A stretch of 64,000 nt of DNA from NCBI GenBank assembly GCA_964016885.1, contig OZ024740.1, positions 129,270,001 to 129,334,000 on the forward strand, in the 5' to 3' direction. Source of the stretch: Eledone cirrhosa (taxonomy: Eukaryota). Shown piece by piece: positions 62,958-64,000 of the stretch. The notes under the pieces were generated by a model. The model did no database searches. It had not been told where the DNA came from and saw only the letters and a list, made by a program, of their open reading frames with translations. A program made the translations under genes and the position numbers. Within the stretch, counting starts at the first letter, position 1; every line of letters starts with the position of its first letter.

Positions 62958-63350
62958 GAGGGTCGGTCGATTGGCAGTATCGGTAGAGGGTCGGACACCA
63001 TGCTTTGACGCATAGAGTTACGGCCCTTGCCATTCTAAGTTCAAACCCCGCCGAGGTTAATTTGCCTTTCATCCTTACGGGCTCGATAAAATAGAGTACC
63101 AGTAATGCACTTAGTAATTGCTGACCTTGTGCCAAAAATGGAAACAATTATCACGGAGGGTCGCATTGGCAGTATCGCTAGAGGGTCTGACGCCATGCTC
63201 TGCAGCATAGAGTTAGGATCCTTTACGATCTGAGTTCAAATCCCGCCGAGGTTACCTTTGCCTTTCATCATTACGGGGTCGATAAAATGAAGTACCAGTA
63301 ATGCACTGGGATAATTGCTGGCCTTGTGCCAAAAGTAGAAACAATTATTA
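62958..63350 (+). mobile_element. Two tandem tRNA-derived SINE copies
   Basis: TTGGCAGTATCG..AGAGGGTC, GTTCAAA.CCCGCCGAGGT, core and AAACAATTAT tail, twice. Confidence 0.92.
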
Positions 63351-63846
63351 AATATGTGATTAAACAATAATGGGATGCATTCTTCATTTAGCATTCCCAA
63401 TGGAATTAATTACTTCCAATGAAAATTATCTATAACATTTGGCGTAATACCAAACGAGTTTCGTCTAATACATTCCACTAACAAATCATTGGTCGTCTTA
63501 AGGATATATTGTTAGAAGCTGGTCTAATATAGCATGCAGATGAAATGAAACTGCAAGTAATATTCTCGAAGAAAAAACAAATCTAGTGTGTTATGACTTT
63601 TTTGCACGCTATAACAGATTACCTTTGTTGAAAAACAAATACCAGTCATACATGTGTACTGAATATATATCGATGATGGGTAATCTCTAGTCACTATAAT
63701 TTATAAACCTGTTCATAGAAAATCTGAATTATATCATAAAAAACATATGCGACGTATTTTTACCATCATTACCCACGACACAATTACGTTTCCTCGTTTA
63801 CCAAATGTTATCTGAAAGTGCTGATTCAACATATAATATTAGATTA

Positions 63847-63913
<67 letters not shown>

Positions 63914-64000
63914 TATACACACACATATTTGTGTATGTGCGTATTTGTGTATATGTATATATATATATATATTATAATAGAAATGTATGTATATGTGTAT

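Overview
Eukaryotic, very AT-rich, intergenic or intronic animal DNA. The tRNA-derived SINE family and the (TA)n load resemble octopus/cephalopod genomes; this is an inference. No host gene could be established, and most listed ORFs are (TA)n/(TG)n translation artefacts. Supported content: (1) an apparently intact ~6 kb L1/Tx1-clade LINE (29258-35282) inside an (ATT)n/(AGT)n microsatellite, plus a decayed relative at 1-1413; (2) a near-full-length but frameshifted Penelope-like element (PLE; RT plus C-terminal GIY-YIG, Hydra-clade-like, 15304-18455) and two further PLE 3' fragments; (3) about 15 tRNA-derived SINE copies, including a head-to-tail array; (4) decayed CR1-like and R4/Dong-like RT fragments; (5) kilobase-scale interrupted (TA)n tracts. 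The main finding is a set of at least six sequence-unrelated, non-coding 250-420 nt elements embedded in (TA)n, each carrying a type I hammerhead ribozyme fold. Several are arranged as tandem or circularly permuted monomers with a head-to-head inverted copy, i.e. retrozyme-like, probably PLE-mobilised. One family shows a compensatory C3-G8 to U3-A8 change in the catalytic core. All folds were read by eye and need computational and experimental confirmation.
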